From positions 1 to 60,881 of the forward strand of contig CAJVPI010000073.1 in assembly GCA_910592345.1 (NCBI GenBank): DNA of 60,881 nucleotides, in the 5' to 3' direction. Position 1 is the stretch's first letter. The number at the start of each line of letters is the position of its first letter. This document shows, in pieces, positions 1 through 13,741 of this stretch. The translations under genes and the position numbers were made by a program. The notes under the pieces were generated by a model. It was not told the DNA's origin. It searched no databases and saw nothing but the letters and a program-made list of their open reading frames with translations. This DNA is from Paraglomus brasilianum (Eukaryota).

Positions 1-105
1 GCTCATACATGTAATGATGTGATAAAAACAGCTTTAGAGGTCCACCTTAGCTGTGCTTAATAAAGGACACACAAAATTAAAAACAAAATAGAATCTGATA
101 AGCAC

Positions 106-1167
106 CTTCAAGCTTTCCATCGTAATTTTTGTATTCTTTAACATATCTATCAATAATCAGCATACGTGTACCTGTTATTCTGCAGACGCGGTCAAATTTG
201 CCTTCAAGCTCTTTGCATTCTTTTTTAAATAACAAATACCATTATGTGAGCCCTCAGTACATATAAATAGATGGGTTCAGTAAAGACATACCATATCGAG
301 GAAGAACATGCTTTTCAAAATATTCTTTGGCTTCCTCCTTGCTCAAATCTCCAACAACATATGGGGTTGCATGTGGGATATGTAAAACTAAGCAATAAAT
401 GTGGATTAGAGAATAATAAACATTTACATTGCTATCAAATATGATTATAAGAAGGACTTACGATTTACGATCCAATTAAAAAAGAATGAATCGGAAGAGG
501 TAAGCACTACATGAAAGCGACCCATTTCTTTTGTATTTACCACCATCCAGTTCAGAATTGATTTAAGAAGAATTTTTCCCTCTTCCGAATGCCCAAGTTG
601 GCTAAACATGTTTGCTTCATTGATGACCAAAATGGGTGGAGGCACCTTGTAACCATCCCAGTGGGTCCAATTCGGGAGAGCATTACCAATACCATCAAGC
701 AACTTACGGACATTGTTAGAAGTAATTGGATCCCCACCAAATGGCTTAATTTTTAACTGGATATCATTCATAATGTAATTGATTTCTCCCCGTTCAAATA
801 ACTTTTTAAAGATATCCGTATATTTTTTGAAAAATGGCGCGAATTGCGAAGATATTGAATCGTATATCATCTTTGGTGTGTCAAATTGTCCTCCACGACA
901 GTTGATAAAAATAGGGTTGAAATCGCCTCTACTCGTTACCTCACGGATCAGTGCGGTTTTCCCAGTACTAGGAGGACCTAGAACGACATGAAGCTCCGGT
1001 TCGGCACTAAATGCATTTTTAAACTTGACAAGTTCTCGTTTCCGATTGAAAATGATCTTTTCACGAGTAGCTTGTGTTGTATAACGAGCAACACGACCAG
1101 TTCTAAGTGTATTTGAGATACAAATACCGCCGGTAGGCAGGCGTTTAGTTAAACCGAAAATGAGCAT
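106..1167 (-). CDS. P-loop ATPase (ATPase_2/archaeal-ATPase-like); 3' end runs off the window
   Basis: Exons 1167-462, 387-292 and 219-106 join in frame via GT-AG introns. Walker A GPPSTGKT follows IFNRKREL; the Walker B-like motif is LVINEAN; then HVVLTSSD and YVVGDLSKEEAKEYF. Confidence 0.85.
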
Positions 1168-1237
1168 GGCTGTGTTGCAGTGTAAAGATTTTTAGATATA
1201 ACCGTGCAACAAATTTGACATGGTGCACCAAATCTAT

Positions 1238-1397
1238 ACTCGACAATAAAACAAAATCTTTCAGCTCAACGCAGAAACGTTTTTTTAGAAAATCTGCCGG
1301 TAATTATGTTTATTGTGATATGCTTTACAAAGTTACTAGCTGGTTTGTCATAAAAATGTCTCTACGCTGAGTTGAAAGGTTTTAAAGTCGGAGTACT
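1238..1397. repeat. Degenerate inverted repeat (possible MITE or TIR remnant)
   Basis: aaaatctttcagctcaacgcagaaacgttttt (~1253-1285) matches the reverse complement of aaaaatgtctctacgctgagttgaaaggtttt (~1352-1383) with transition mismatches. Confidence 0.55.
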
Positions 1398-1399
1398 TT

Positions 1400-1568
1400 T
1401 TATAATAATATATGAGTTCTATACTTCTTTACCGCCCATTCAGCCATCCTTCCTTCTAAGCCTTTATCATATGCATCCATATACCTCCATGACTTTCTTG
1501 CAAATTTTCGGATTGTTGTAATGGGAATACTATTCAATACTTCTGGGATTACTCTTACCAAATCATCG
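1400..1568 (-). mobile_element. IS630/Tc1-mariner-like transposase C-terminal relic
   Basis: Minus strand reads LVRVIPEVLNSIPITTIRKFARKSWRYMDAYDKGLEGRMAEWAVKKYRTH, a C-terminal motif I recognise from fungal DDE transposases. No upstream catalytic core is visible. Confidence 0.7.
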
Positions 1569-2750
1569 TATTTATAACTACATCTTTAAATTCTCCATTC
1601 TCCGAATTTTGCACTTGACCATCATCATTATTTCTTGTTGTTGCTCTTGAAGTTTAGAAAAACAACCATCTGTATTTTGCTACTTGTAGTCGACGTTTAT
1701 TAAGACGAAGCATTTTATGGATGATTATAAAACTTATCAGTTAGTGTACTATCAATATCAATGCGATTAATGGTATAACTAACGATTTGTGTTATATCAC
1801 ATGATATTAAATTGTCGGATTTTATTGGGCGGTTTTTCCGTCACACTGCATCTAGCACCATGTTTAACAGGGTCTCACATGATTACAAAATTTATATCTA
1901 AGCCACCTTATATGATAGTTGGTTTCACGTGACAATTTGTAAGACGTACACATGATTAATTGTCCACTCTTGTTAGTGAAGCATTTCCTGTGATATGGTT
2001 TATATATTGAAAATATTTAGCTTACATTTAAAAGCTGTTAGATGAGCAATGAGAATTATATTTAACTATTCTCTTGGACGAATTTGAGAAAGTAAAAGAG
2101 GAAACAGTAATGTTCGTTTATCATTAAAAGAATAATTGAATTTAACTTCACCGATTAGTAGGGAGAAAAGATCGCATACTCGATAAATAGGTCATGCATG
2201 ATATGCATTAACAATATACTTGATTGTCGCCTACCAAGTTACACAACGTCAATATAGCGATATCTAATTGCCAATTTAAATATGGCCCGCAATAAAAAAG
2301 GAAATACTAATAGTCAGTGGTGAGTTGACGAAAACGCTTGTGTTTAACATAATAATGAAATGCAATGTTTCTAAAGTTTGCAAGAGTAAGGTCGCAGGAA
2401 AAGGTATTCTGTAATTTACTTTTATCAATGGCAATTCTTGCGCTATTTCAGGTTGACGACTTAACAACATGATGGCGTCTAATTGGGACACAGTGAATAA
2501 CTCCCATTTACCAATAAAACAAACAACCCGAAGAAGTAACTATATTCTCTACGTCATTCAAACAATATTCGAAACCAGCAGAACAAACGGATTGTTTTAT
2601 ATTGAAATTGATAACAAGCCACAATGTTTATGGTACAAGGAAAAATAAACAAACTCTACATAATTGAATTGCAAACACTCCAAGTTGCTTCATTATTTAT
2701 TAGTATTATTACATTAAGTATAATTTTGGTGCGAGCCAGCGCCCCTACGT

Positions 2751-3345
2751 CTAATTAAGTATGGTAGCAAGGCCCATCTGTTTCTTTATTCGACGAGCGG
2801 ACTTGCGCTGATAGTTGTAATAGTAATTTCTTACTTGTAACGCCGTTCGTCCTTCCATTTCGTCGGCGATGAGTTTCCATCTTGATCTTGCGGAATTATG
2901 TAGGTGAAAAAGTTTCCAGAAGGTTTTCTCTTCTTCTGGTGTGAATTCTCCTAGTTTAACTATGGAAGATATTGGAGTTTACACATAAGTAAACGGATAA
3001 AATTACAGGCATGATATCGTATCGTTATACTTACTACCATCGGCCAAATGGTTGGTATATCTAGTAAAGATTACACAAAACCATGAATATGGAGAAGCTA
3101 CATTGGACTCTTTTCTTGTAAGGGCTCACGATAATTACTTACCGTTCTCTTAGCTGTTTGGCGTTGCGTGAATTTCTCATAACTGCAGCTATTTTCTTGT
3201 AGTCGTGTTTATATTTCTTCACCAATTCAATAATGCGTTCATCTTCCTAATGTGAACAGAAAATTATCCATCAGGACGCCGAGTAAACTTGGACAAAATC
3301 ATTTGCTAGAATTGTTATGCGCACTTCTTTACTGAAGGAAGTCAT
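2751..3345 (-). CDS. Small two-repeat Myb protein, cluster copy 1 (119 aa)
   Basis: Exons 3345-3325, 3246-3143, 3060-3035, 2959-2751, all GT-AG, 360 nt in total. MTSFSKE/EDERIIELVKKYKHDYKKIAAVMRNSRNAKQLRER/YTNHLADG/KLGEFTPEEE...WKLIADEMEGRTALQVRNYYYN...QMGLATILN*. Absent from the ORF track. Confidence 0.9.
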
Positions 3346-6300
3346 GTTGAAAGAGCGTCTAGGCGTTCTTCGTCGATTGCAGGGGATTTTTATATCTCGA
3401 CTGTGTCGATCCAAATACGAGAGGGAGCGGAGTTATTTTACTTAAATAGGTCAATGTGTATTGTTTATATGCCACGTATTCCGGGGGGAGGGGGGTGGTG
3501 GCAGCGCTTTCAGCAACTACCAAAAAATGAACGCTAATCTTGATATTTATAAAGCAGTTTCCTGTAACGTCTTTTCTGTTAATACTTTAATCAATATTAA
3601 TATTAACAGCAATGCTCTTTTTCTTATCATTATCATCATCGATACGGGCATCATGCAACAAATATTCCTATTTCAAAGATGGGGGTCATTTAGGATGCGT
3701 TTGTTTTCCACTCTTTGTAAAATACCTTATTAATACACGCTCACAATGATATCATATGACCCCCCGATTTGTATGCCATGTGGGCTTAAAATAGCGAAAA
3801 CCCCTGTTTCGTCATGTAGGTATCTGACGAATAGAGTAAAGTTTTTCTATCGTAATCTGTATGCTTTTTTGCTCTAGATAAGAGAATATCGAATAATTCC
3901 ACGTGATCATGGGTATCCATCAAGTAAAAGGTTTGGCTATAGTATATAGTAATAGCACAATAGTACAATACCATTAACTATGCAATTTGTTTGTAAACAG
4001 TACTCTCGATTCTTCATAAACTTTAAGTTTACTGCAAAATGATTTGATGGGGGATATTAAAGTTCTATTAAAAGATTTTTATTTATGATGCGATGTAAAC
4101 TGATAGCTATTAATGCAGCCAAGTCATAATCTTCTACCTCCCCGCTTACCAAAAAGTTTGGTTTTTTTTCAGTACGACGACTCCCTGCGTATTTGCGCCC
4201 AATTCAGACTAACTAATTCAAGTAATGACCTTCATCGTGCATACTTAATATTCTTATGCAACCCCTCCTTCCATTATTCATTAGAGGAAAAACTTTTGTG
4301 TGTCTTCCTATTAACCGGCTAAGTTACTTGGCCATTCCACATGGCCGCACGGATCGAGTCTGTTGTATGCTCACACGGACCCATCGTATTTTGTTCAAGG
4401 ACAGGTCTAAAACTTGCGGATAAATAAAATTTCAAGAAACAATATTAATATATCGCTTACGTTATATGCGTATGCAATATGCATGAGGCTGGTGTGGCTG
4501 AATATCAGTGTATCGGGTAACTTCATTTTGTAGAAACTATCAGAATTCTTTGTAGTCCAACATCATCAGATATCATATCAAGCATTGCAAGTTTTCGGTC
4601 AGCAAGCCCCGCAACATCTCTTCCTCTCCTTACAGCCGTCTTAAACTTTCGCAAATCTTTCGATTCTCCCTTCTACTTCTACGCATCCCCCTAGCCATCA
4701 ATGTGTAACATTCAAAAATCTATATTGAGCCTTCTTTGCTTGATGACAAATAATGTGCGATATTCTAATAGGCTATATCCTGCAAAATTGAGGCATTCAT
4801 GACTTGCAATTGTGCTTCAACTGTTGTGTCCATGATGCAGACGTTCAGGTCAAAATTGCAAATATTTGGAATAAAATGTACAAAAGTATACGTTGTTTCA
4901 TTGCCCAATGACAATTGCAACAATTACATTTTGCTAACGAGAATTTTGCCTGCAAATATTTCCATAATGACTGTTCAAATAAAAACGCTACTGCTCTAGT
5001 ACTAGGTTATCTGTCAACTCTGATTATGGTTCTTGATTGCAAAATGCATTATCTCTAAACTCAATGTAGATAACAGTGCATCACATTGATTGTTTCTACT
5101 CATAGTTTTATTGAAGCTGTCTGACAGTTGGCTATATGAAAATCATTAGAGCCTTGACCGCGTTAATCATTATGATCGAGACTTTTCTCGCCCATGTCAG
5201 AGCTCAACTAGCTGGATACGGTGGCTCGATCAACGCATAAAGACAAATTATCCTGCAAAGTCGACAGCAGTAGTAACACCAATAATCGCCTGTATGTGCA
5301 ACCGTTGGCATTTTTTGTAGATGTGACCTCCAAAATCGCCAGTAGATAAAACCTCTCTTCAATAGACGCTGACTCCTTCGGACTTGCCAAAAATGTGCGC
5401 AAAAGTTGTAGAAATTTGAGTATTTTGTAGAGTATTTTGTCACGTTCTCACCCAGTCAAAAAACTTTATATGCAAAATTTCAGAGATTTCATGGTTGTGC
5501 TAAATGCAACACTAAGCAGTGTTCAATTATTGAGCGCCTCTTACTCTTAAAGTGGTTTGACTTTAATATGTTATGCTAAATACTTCCATGATACTTTAAT
5601 TCTTCTATAATCTGGCAAGCTAAAAAAATTTAACAGAGTATTGATAGGTGCCCTCGTATATATTAGTATGTCAAATATTTCCAAAACATTAATCATGCTC
5701 TCTGAAAATAATTAATTAGAAAAACGTTTAATTTTTATAACAAGCAATTATTCATTCTTATCATTGTTGGAATTGGTTTATGTGGAAGTCATTGAATACG
5801 GATAGGTAATAAATAACACGTGAATTTACCAGTCTGGCAAAATAAAGAAAAACAAAGACATACGGCATTTGTAAAGTCGCCTGCATTGTTTACTGGGAAG
5901 TTTGCACATCTTTCAAGTTGTCTGAATATTATTGAGACCTTGCTTAAATACCACAGCGGTCCATCTGCAAAGCATTAAGCTGAGATTAGGCACTAATTTT
6001 TGACATTAAGCCAACTTCCTGAGTAACACCGACACTATGTTTGAATCCTGCTTTCATAATATGTCACGTTGCTTATAGTAATAATAATAGTTGTCAATCA
6101 TCTGTCAAAACGTTTGTAAATCGCGCTTGCGCTATCCATTGAGAGAAATATTATGTGGCGCGATTGATATGAAAAATGTTATGTAAGGTTAACTCCAATT
6201 TTCTAACAGACAGATAATAATTTATGTTATTTAAGAATAAATATTTATGAAACACATGGTTCGTATAATATGGTTAGATAATTAATGGCCACCCAGCTCG

Positions 6301-6699
6301 GTTCAAATTCGAAGAACATTATTACTTAAAAGACACCATTAACCATGTCTCTCTATCAGGGTCTTTATATAATAGTTAAGTTGGGATACCTGACTAAGTC
6401 ATGTCGTTGCAAGACGATCGTCGACATTTCATATCAAATTAGATAAGAGAAGCATGAATAGACCAGGCATCTACCCATATACCGCAGTGGTACCCAGGCA
6501 ACTCATAATATTTATTAGTCAAGTATGGAGATGACGTACAGTGTGAAAGGCAATTACATATTTGATCATTGACCATAGCAATCAACATTATTAATACCTC
6601 TTTAATAGCTAAAATCAGTAGATTGTTGGCAAATTTTTAATATGCTATTCTTTCTCCATTGCTCTCAATAACTAACTAATATCTGTACTTTATCAATTG

Positions 6700-6835
6700 T
6701 ACTAATTAATTAACATGTTTTCTGGAATAGCCTCTACCATAGAACGACTTAAATCTTGCTGATCTTGTGGCATTCTTTTTTCGACGTTTCTTTTAACAAC
6801 ATTCTAAAGATTTTCTATTGGGTTTAAATTGTGGA
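6700..6835 (-). mobile_element. Tc1-like (DDE_3) transposase relic
   Basis: Minus strand reads NLNPIENL*NVVKRNVEKRMPQDQQDL, matching the Tc1 SPDLNPIENLW motif with W mutated to a stop. Confidence 0.7.
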
Positions 6836-8207
6836 ATCACAGTATGATCTATGCTGTCAACCTTTTTAAGTTATTATAGATAGTCCGCATTGGAATCTTT
6901 GTGTCTTTGTGAATGAATATCTTTGGCTGAGTGGACTTTTATGTTCCAAAAATGTAATATAGTTTTTCGCTGGTTTTTTAAATCGGACTTGTCACTTTGT
7001 TAAATAAGTGACTTCTAAAGACATTGCACCATTTAATAAAAATAAAAAGTAGGTTTTCGTGATCAAAACAAAAACAAGTTTACGTAATTGGTTTATTTTT
7101 GGGAAAGTTATGCGAACTTAAGTCTATGCCAATAATTTCTTTACAATTCAAATTCCACAAACTCTATTTTTGATATATATATTTGAAAATAACATGATCG
7201 AAATGAATGGTTGGACAATATTCTTAGTAGAGCATTGTGCTTCAGTGGGCTGTTCTCATTAGAATTTAGGAGCAGAAGATCGAGAAGCTTATTTTATAAA
7301 CACTGTCATTATGCTACTGGCTAAGCGATGGCTGTGTGAGAAAGTATCTCGGCATATACATATATCACTGATTCATTCAAGCATACTATTGTCCTTATTG
7401 GTTATGTCAATGACGAATAGAGTTCATTACGGATTACTTCTAAAGCAACATTCGGTATATTATATATGATTCATAATAGATTCCAATTTTTCTGCTCAAT
7501 GGAAATATATCACTGCATAGTCATGAATTGCAATAAAGCATATTCAGATTTGGGTTGCTAAGATGCCGCTATCATCTAGCACAAGAAGCATAATCACGTA
7601 CTAATCCGGTAGTTGGCCACTGGTTTTGGTACCTTGTTTAATCGAATAGTTATTATTGACTTGTTATATCTTAACATGGACTAATATAAAATATAAGCGA
7701 ACACACTAACAGACATATTATAATACTTATATGAACCTCTATGTACTGTTGTCAAACTATCTGAACCAACAGCTGACATCTCCCTTGAAACATAGCGCCT
7801 TGTGGATGCTCACATCAATGTATCATCGCAGAATTTACATGTACATTTGATTCTAACGAGTAAATATGGCTTTTAGTTGTACCATTTGTCGATGAGCTGA
7901 TGACAAGGGCAAAGGTTAGCAATATTTGTCGGTTGTAGTCACATGATTTGTGATTGTCTTTCAACAACGACTGGTAGTCTTTTGGGAAAGTGAGATCGAG
8001 GAGGGGGAAGAGCCCGAACAACTGGATGTTCTAGCTATATCCGAGTTAGGTCAGCAATGAAATGTGAACTTTACATGTGTAATAAACAGTCTTACACAAA
8101 TCTATCCCAAAAAGAAATAATGACACGAATTATACGAAACATCTCACATGCATGCATTGCAGTTGTTTTACGAAAAATTTATTCCTTTGTGGAATTTGTA
8201 TGGTAAG

Positions 8208-8287
8208 GTGCGAATTGTGCGAATTGTGCGAATTGTGCGAATTGTGCGAATATTGTGCGAATTGTGCGAATTGTGCGAATTGTGCGA
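8208..8287. repeat. 9-bp tandem repeat (GTGCGAATT), about 8-9 copies
   Basis: Directly visible, with one 2-nt insertion mid-array. It lies ~200 bp past the stop codon of Myb copy 2. Confidence 0.95.
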
Positions 8288-8487
8288 GTGTTGAAATCGA
8301 AGCCTTTGCGTTCGAACGAATAACGATTCATATTTGCAAATTATAAATTAGCTTAATTATTGAGGAGGGTGTTATACTATAGTTACAAAATTAGCTTACT
8401 GAAAAGAAAAAGAATAAAGAAAAGGGAAGTGTTCGATCAAAAGTCTTTGTCATCGTTCTCGTAATATTGCGCGCTAAAAGATGTTTA

Positions 8488-9144
8488 TCAATTAACGATG
8501 TAGTCAATCGACATTTTTTCCGCTTGGTTACGATGGCTATTATGCCAGAAATTTTTTACTTGAAGTGACGTTCTTCCTTCCAACTCCTTTGCTATTGTTG
8601 ACCACTGGTGACCATATTTCTTGGTCAGTTCAAGTATCTTCCGACGCTCTGCGATCGTAAGAGGTTTCGTATTGACTGTTTAGAAAAGAGAACAAAATTG
8701 AATAAGCGTGTGTTTGCAAATTACGATCTGTATGTTGGCTTTATGGGCTATATCGTTGGTATGTACTGTATGTAAATATATACTTACTTCCGGGACATAA
8801 ATGAAATAAATAACTAATGTGGACATATTTTTGGGAAAAGAAAAAGAGAGGGTAAGAGGTTAGACCCGTTGGCAAGTTTTTATAACTTTATATATTATAT
8901 AATTTCTAATACGACTGCACTCACCGTTGCCTAATTGACTTTGGTGAACGATGGGGTTTCGATATACAAGAAATCTTCTGCCATTGAGAGCCATGCGTCT
9001 CGTAATGTTTCAACAATTCATTATCCTCCTGTGTTTGTATACAAAGAGGAAGAAAAGGCAAGGGTCAACACATATGAACCCCCTTTAAAACATGTCGTAT
9101 AGATCATATATGTAAAAGCCAAGTACCTGGGATGTCCAACGCAT
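8488..9144 (-). CDS. Small two-repeat Myb protein, copy 2 (111 aa)
   Basis: Exons 9144-9127, 9028-8925, 8813-8788, 8675-8488 (336 nt). MRWTSQ/EDNELLKHYETHGSQWQKISCISKPHRSPKSIRQR/YLFHLCPG/NTKPLTIAERRKILELTKKYGHQWSTIAKELEGRTSLQVKNFWHN...KMSIDYIVN*. Confidence 0.9.
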
Positions 9145-10531
9145 GTCCACTCAACAAATATGGCGTATAAAAGAAGACCGTAGTGATAATAATTCAAAGT
9201 AAGGAAGGGAAACAAAATGTCAGTTATTTGAGGCGGAGGTTGTGTGGTGGTTGATGGTAGTGGTGTTTGGTGGGGGTTTGCGGATGGCAGAGTTATTTAT
9301 ATTAGGGTGACTAAGACATGTATTCCGATTTGATATTTGGGTTTGCGCATTGACAGTCAGTTTAGTAATTCCGCGTATTCGGTTTGGATCAATAGAAAAC
9401 CACCAATGACTAATATAACACCTTTTCCAAATATTCCTGTATTACAAGTAATCCTTAGCTTCCATGTCTGTCAATGTGCATTCATGTCATTTAAAGTAAA
9501 ATATGTCAACTGTTCAGGAGAACGGATCATTGTTTTCGAAACATGGCTGACGTTGTGAAACAGACATGCTGCCGATAATTGTTCCTCGGCTCCGGACAAT
9601 GCCACCAGGAAAAAATTATGGCATAAAGATTATATATCTTTTCTTTACCGAAATTAACTGAGACTAACTTTAATAAACCCGGATTAGATAATTAATTGTG
9701 CTTAAAAGTACAAGGAATAGGGAAAAAGGATTCCCTCATTATTGTTGATTACGTAGCACCTTTGGACTAAGGGGTAATAAAATGGCGATGGTATCGTGAA
9801 CGTCAACGGTACTAGGCACGTGCCTGTACTAGTACACACACGCTGTGTGAGACGTAATCTATCTATCAATCTGTTATCTATCTGTGTATCTTACAATGTC
9901 TGCATGCACCCCATCTAACTTTGCCTCTCCCCCGCCTTTTCCCCACTCTCCCACGTTTGACAAATATTTTTATTGTCTCGTGACCGATGAAAACCAATTT
10001 GTTACTCGAATGATGGGTTTATCAATCGGAGCGCTAAAAAATAACGGACCTACAGTAACATTAATTTACATACATACAAAACAAAAAGAGTGATAAGGTT
10101 TGAGAATACAACAAGGCAAAAAGCGCTTATTGATAACTCAATTAAGTAATAGCATTGAAATGCTCCCTTCCCCATATTAAATGTGAACACTAATGCCATT
10201 TCCAAAAAGTACTAATCGGGTAAGATATATCTGCATGCTCCTTATATATTTTATTTTTTTTTACTGCCGGGCCACTTCTTTTGAGCAGCCGGGCAATTAT
10301 GTACAAAAAAAAATAAAAATAAAATAAAATAGCGAGTGTTATGTTAATGGACCGTGTTCTTATAGTCACGTGATGTGACGTAAATGGTGTTTGTTATCTC
10401 CAAGGTCAGTCAGAAGACTGTGTGTCGTAAGAGGAGGCAGCATTAAAAAATTAATTACATATGTGTTTTTGTACAATGTGGATGTGACTCGAGTGAAGAA
10501 TAAGATGAAGAGATTTGTCCCGTTTGTCCGG

Positions 10532-11223
10532 TTACGGGTTAGGGTTGGGATTAAGGAGATTTTTAATAGCCATTGGATCATATGATTCTTGTTGCCGCTT
10601 TGGCCGTACTGGACGCTCGTGGTTTTTATGGACACGCTTCCGCTTCTCGGAATACCAGAAGTTACGGACTTGTCGATCAGTTCTGCGGTTGTTTAGGAGA
10701 GAAGCGATGTAGGCCCACTTGTTCCCGTGTACCGACTGATATTCCAAAATGAGCTGCTTTTCCAATTCCCCGAGAGGAGTACGGTTGACTAGTAAAAAGA
10801 AGGAAAGCAAACAAATAAATAAATAAACAAACAAACAAGGAGTTGTTAATTTTGCTGCAATAAATTATACGAATTGCTTACTTGTAGGGTTTAAGAGATA
10901 GACGTACCTAACAAAAACACATTGGAAAACCAATAATTGGATTAATATATAGCTATTCTGTTTAGAAACCTTTAAATATATCAATTAATACTAACCTATC
11001 TCTACAAGCCTTGGGATGAGCGCCAATGGCTTTTCCAATCTCTTTCCAATTGTTCTTCTTCTCACTCGCCATATCGATGAGCATACGCTCTTTCTATGTG
11101 TTTTCAGTGGGCAGATGTAATTGAGTAAGACAATAGGCGTTGGCTAACCATTCACAGTTAATTCAACAACAGCTTTCTAACCTTGTTGGTCCATTGACAT
11201 TCTCCGCTCGCAAATTTGCTCAT
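10532..11223 (-). CDS. Small two-repeat Myb protein, copy 3 (140 aa)
   Basis: Exons 11223-11182, 11093-10996, 10907-10882, 10788-10532 (423 nt). ...QWTNK/KERMLIDMASEKKNNWKEIGKAIGAHPKACRDR/YVYLLNPT/NRTPLGELEKQLILEYQSVHGNKWAYIASLLNNRRTDRQVRNFW...PMAIKNLLNPNPNP*. Confidence 0.9.
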
Positions 11224-13741
11224 AATTAAATGCTTATAATGCTAGATGACTTGTGTGTGTAGGGGTCTTTTTATGTCCATGAGATGTATTGTTATGTTTC
11301 TTTAAAGTGGTTGTTTATACATTGTATACATGACTCATTGAGATCTTCTAATCGTTCGGCAATAATGGTAGTTTTTGCAGCATTTTGTCCAATCGCATCT
11401 CCACGAAAAAAAGCTCAATCGATATACAAAAATCGGCTAGACCGTCGACTATAGACAACCCAATGACGTTCTTGTGGCTTGAATGAATTCACACGTTTGT
11501 GTTAATTCAAAAATAAAGTTACTATTGTTTCGAACAATCTAATCGGCGGCTGTCACAAGTTTTTGCGTCTACGAAAGATATTAGTCGCATGTGAAAAAAT
11601 TGACAAATGTTATTGTTAATAATGTATTAATATCCCTATATTCAGATAATCTAATGTCGTATGACTTATATTTGTATGCACCTGTTCATTTTTTACTCTC
11701 ATATCATGCGCCCTGATTAAAGAGGGTAATATTCATAGATTCGACAACACGGATTATTGGTTAAGGGTACCATTGGTGAATAAATCGGGCGATGATTATC
11801 TTGGGCTCGCGAGTTTTCGCAAGTTTTCTGATACAGTTGGCCCCTTGCGCATACGCCATGTATCAAGAATGTTAATTTTCAAACAATAGGCATGCATCAC
11901 AAACATAGCCGTCTTATCATTTGTAATCGCGTTCTAGGCATCGGGTGCTTACTAAAAAGGAATGCCAAAAGATATCTGCATCGTTATCCATTGTTAAACG
12001 ATATCATCTTTTTTTTTTCTGACGGGAACCCTGCGTATCCAGGGTTCGGGTACCGTTAACGGAAACACGTTTGTATTAGCGCATAGTTTTAAATAAGCAT
12101 ATATCCTGTTCAATTATCTCTCTGCTTTTCTCATTGCTTTCCATGCTCGTTATGTTTCTTCATAGTTAGTCTCATCCGGTAAGGTTAAATTTCATTCAAT
12201 TCGATTACCAGTACCGTTACCGTCACTGTCACTTTTACGAGATACTTTCGCAGGCAGTTGAACACCTTTTCTCTAAATCCGTATTTTGAATCACAAATAC
12301 CGTTCGCTGACGTTCTTCCGCTTGTTGACAGGAAACAAAGAATGCAGGAAATCGATTGTATGCTTCTGAAGGGAACATAGAAGTAGATGGGATTCTTAAC
12401 TAGAAGGCAACTCGGACGTCGTTAATGATTCAGCTTCTTCCTTCTCTTGTGCGGCATTTGGAAAGGAACTTTGGATGAAAGCTTGTGTTCTAGTTTTCAA
12501 TCGAAGGTTGGTATTATATAAAGTTGTTCTGGGAAAGCAAGAGATTGAAATCAATACACAAGGGCAGCATCTGTCATCATTTAGATACGCTGGAAATGAC
12601 CATGAGTAAATGTCTCTCATCATAACAAATGAATCATAGACAGGCAAGATCTTGTTCCTGATTCACAATAAAAGAACACAAACTTCTTGTTCCTGATTCT
12701 CATTTACTCAAATCGGTTTGATTTCGTGGTAGATGTGTAACGACTAATTCAATAATATCGTTTACTAATCAATCAAGTTGACAATAGATCGGCATCTTGG
12801 AAAACGAAACAAGTTATTCGGTCAATAGGTGAATAGTCATGGACAAGATCCCCGTCTGAGATGGTTCGAACAATTGCGTCTGTATTAACATCATTTAATT
12901 TTTGAACAGCATTCAACGTATCAAGTTTAGACACACTTTGAGGGACGTTCGAATTTGTAAAATCATTGACAAGAATGAAATCGTGCATTGATCATTTATA
13001 ATGCAATGTCTATGTACGCTCGGAGTAATCGATGCCGATCAAAGAGTGAGTAATTTGAATGACGTTGTGCTTAAAGACGACGAAATGTTACTGACCCTTG
13101 TTTGCTGATTGAAAGGTAACGAGATTCATTTAAAGCAACTACTACAAGTAAGAGGCTATTCGTCGCACAAGGTTGGGGGTTTATTCCGTGCAAACTTGAT
13201 CTATTTTCAGACAACAATAACATGAATCAATATAATACAAAATGCCATATAAAGTGTGGAAATGTGCGAACGGGGGGAGATGTTAGTGCATTGATAAAGA
13301 TTCTATGATGGCGTTTGTCAGCTGTTATAAACAATGATCGAATATGGAAGTATCTATTGATGTTAATAACGATTGGAGAACAATGGCAATATACCGAGTC
13401 AGGAATTGGCCCATTCCACCTGCATGAGATATATTCCTCATCACACACCCCCTCTCCTTCAAGCCTAATTGGTTTGTCACGGGACTTCGAGCTAAGTACA
13501 TGTACGGTCGAGATGTTTTAATATATAGATTTCGTATGAACAAAAAAGAAAAGCATAGAGCATAGAAATAAGGGAAGCTTATATAAAGGATTTCATAAAT
13601 TTGTAGGTATTTGCGCCGTAATAATGTTCGAAGAAATGGTTGATATGGATTGGCGCACATAAACTTAAACGAAAGGGTGGGTGATCAAACGAATGAAGTT
13701 GTCGGTACTCGAAACGTAACGAAAATTCACGAAAGATGCTA

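Noticed and set aside
2276..2491. ORF with IPFPATL resembling an HMG leader
   Set aside because: No HMG box follows in any frame examined.
8152..8346. Metallothionein-like ORF (CELCEL/CANCAN)
   Set aside because: It is produced by the 9-bp DNA repeat, and the peptide changes frame at a 2-nt insertion.
12180..13000. Protein-like fragments (LPLVDRKQRMQEID; ORFs 12396-12647 and 12773-12988)
   Set aside because: They may be pseudogene debris, but no family or splice model could be supported.
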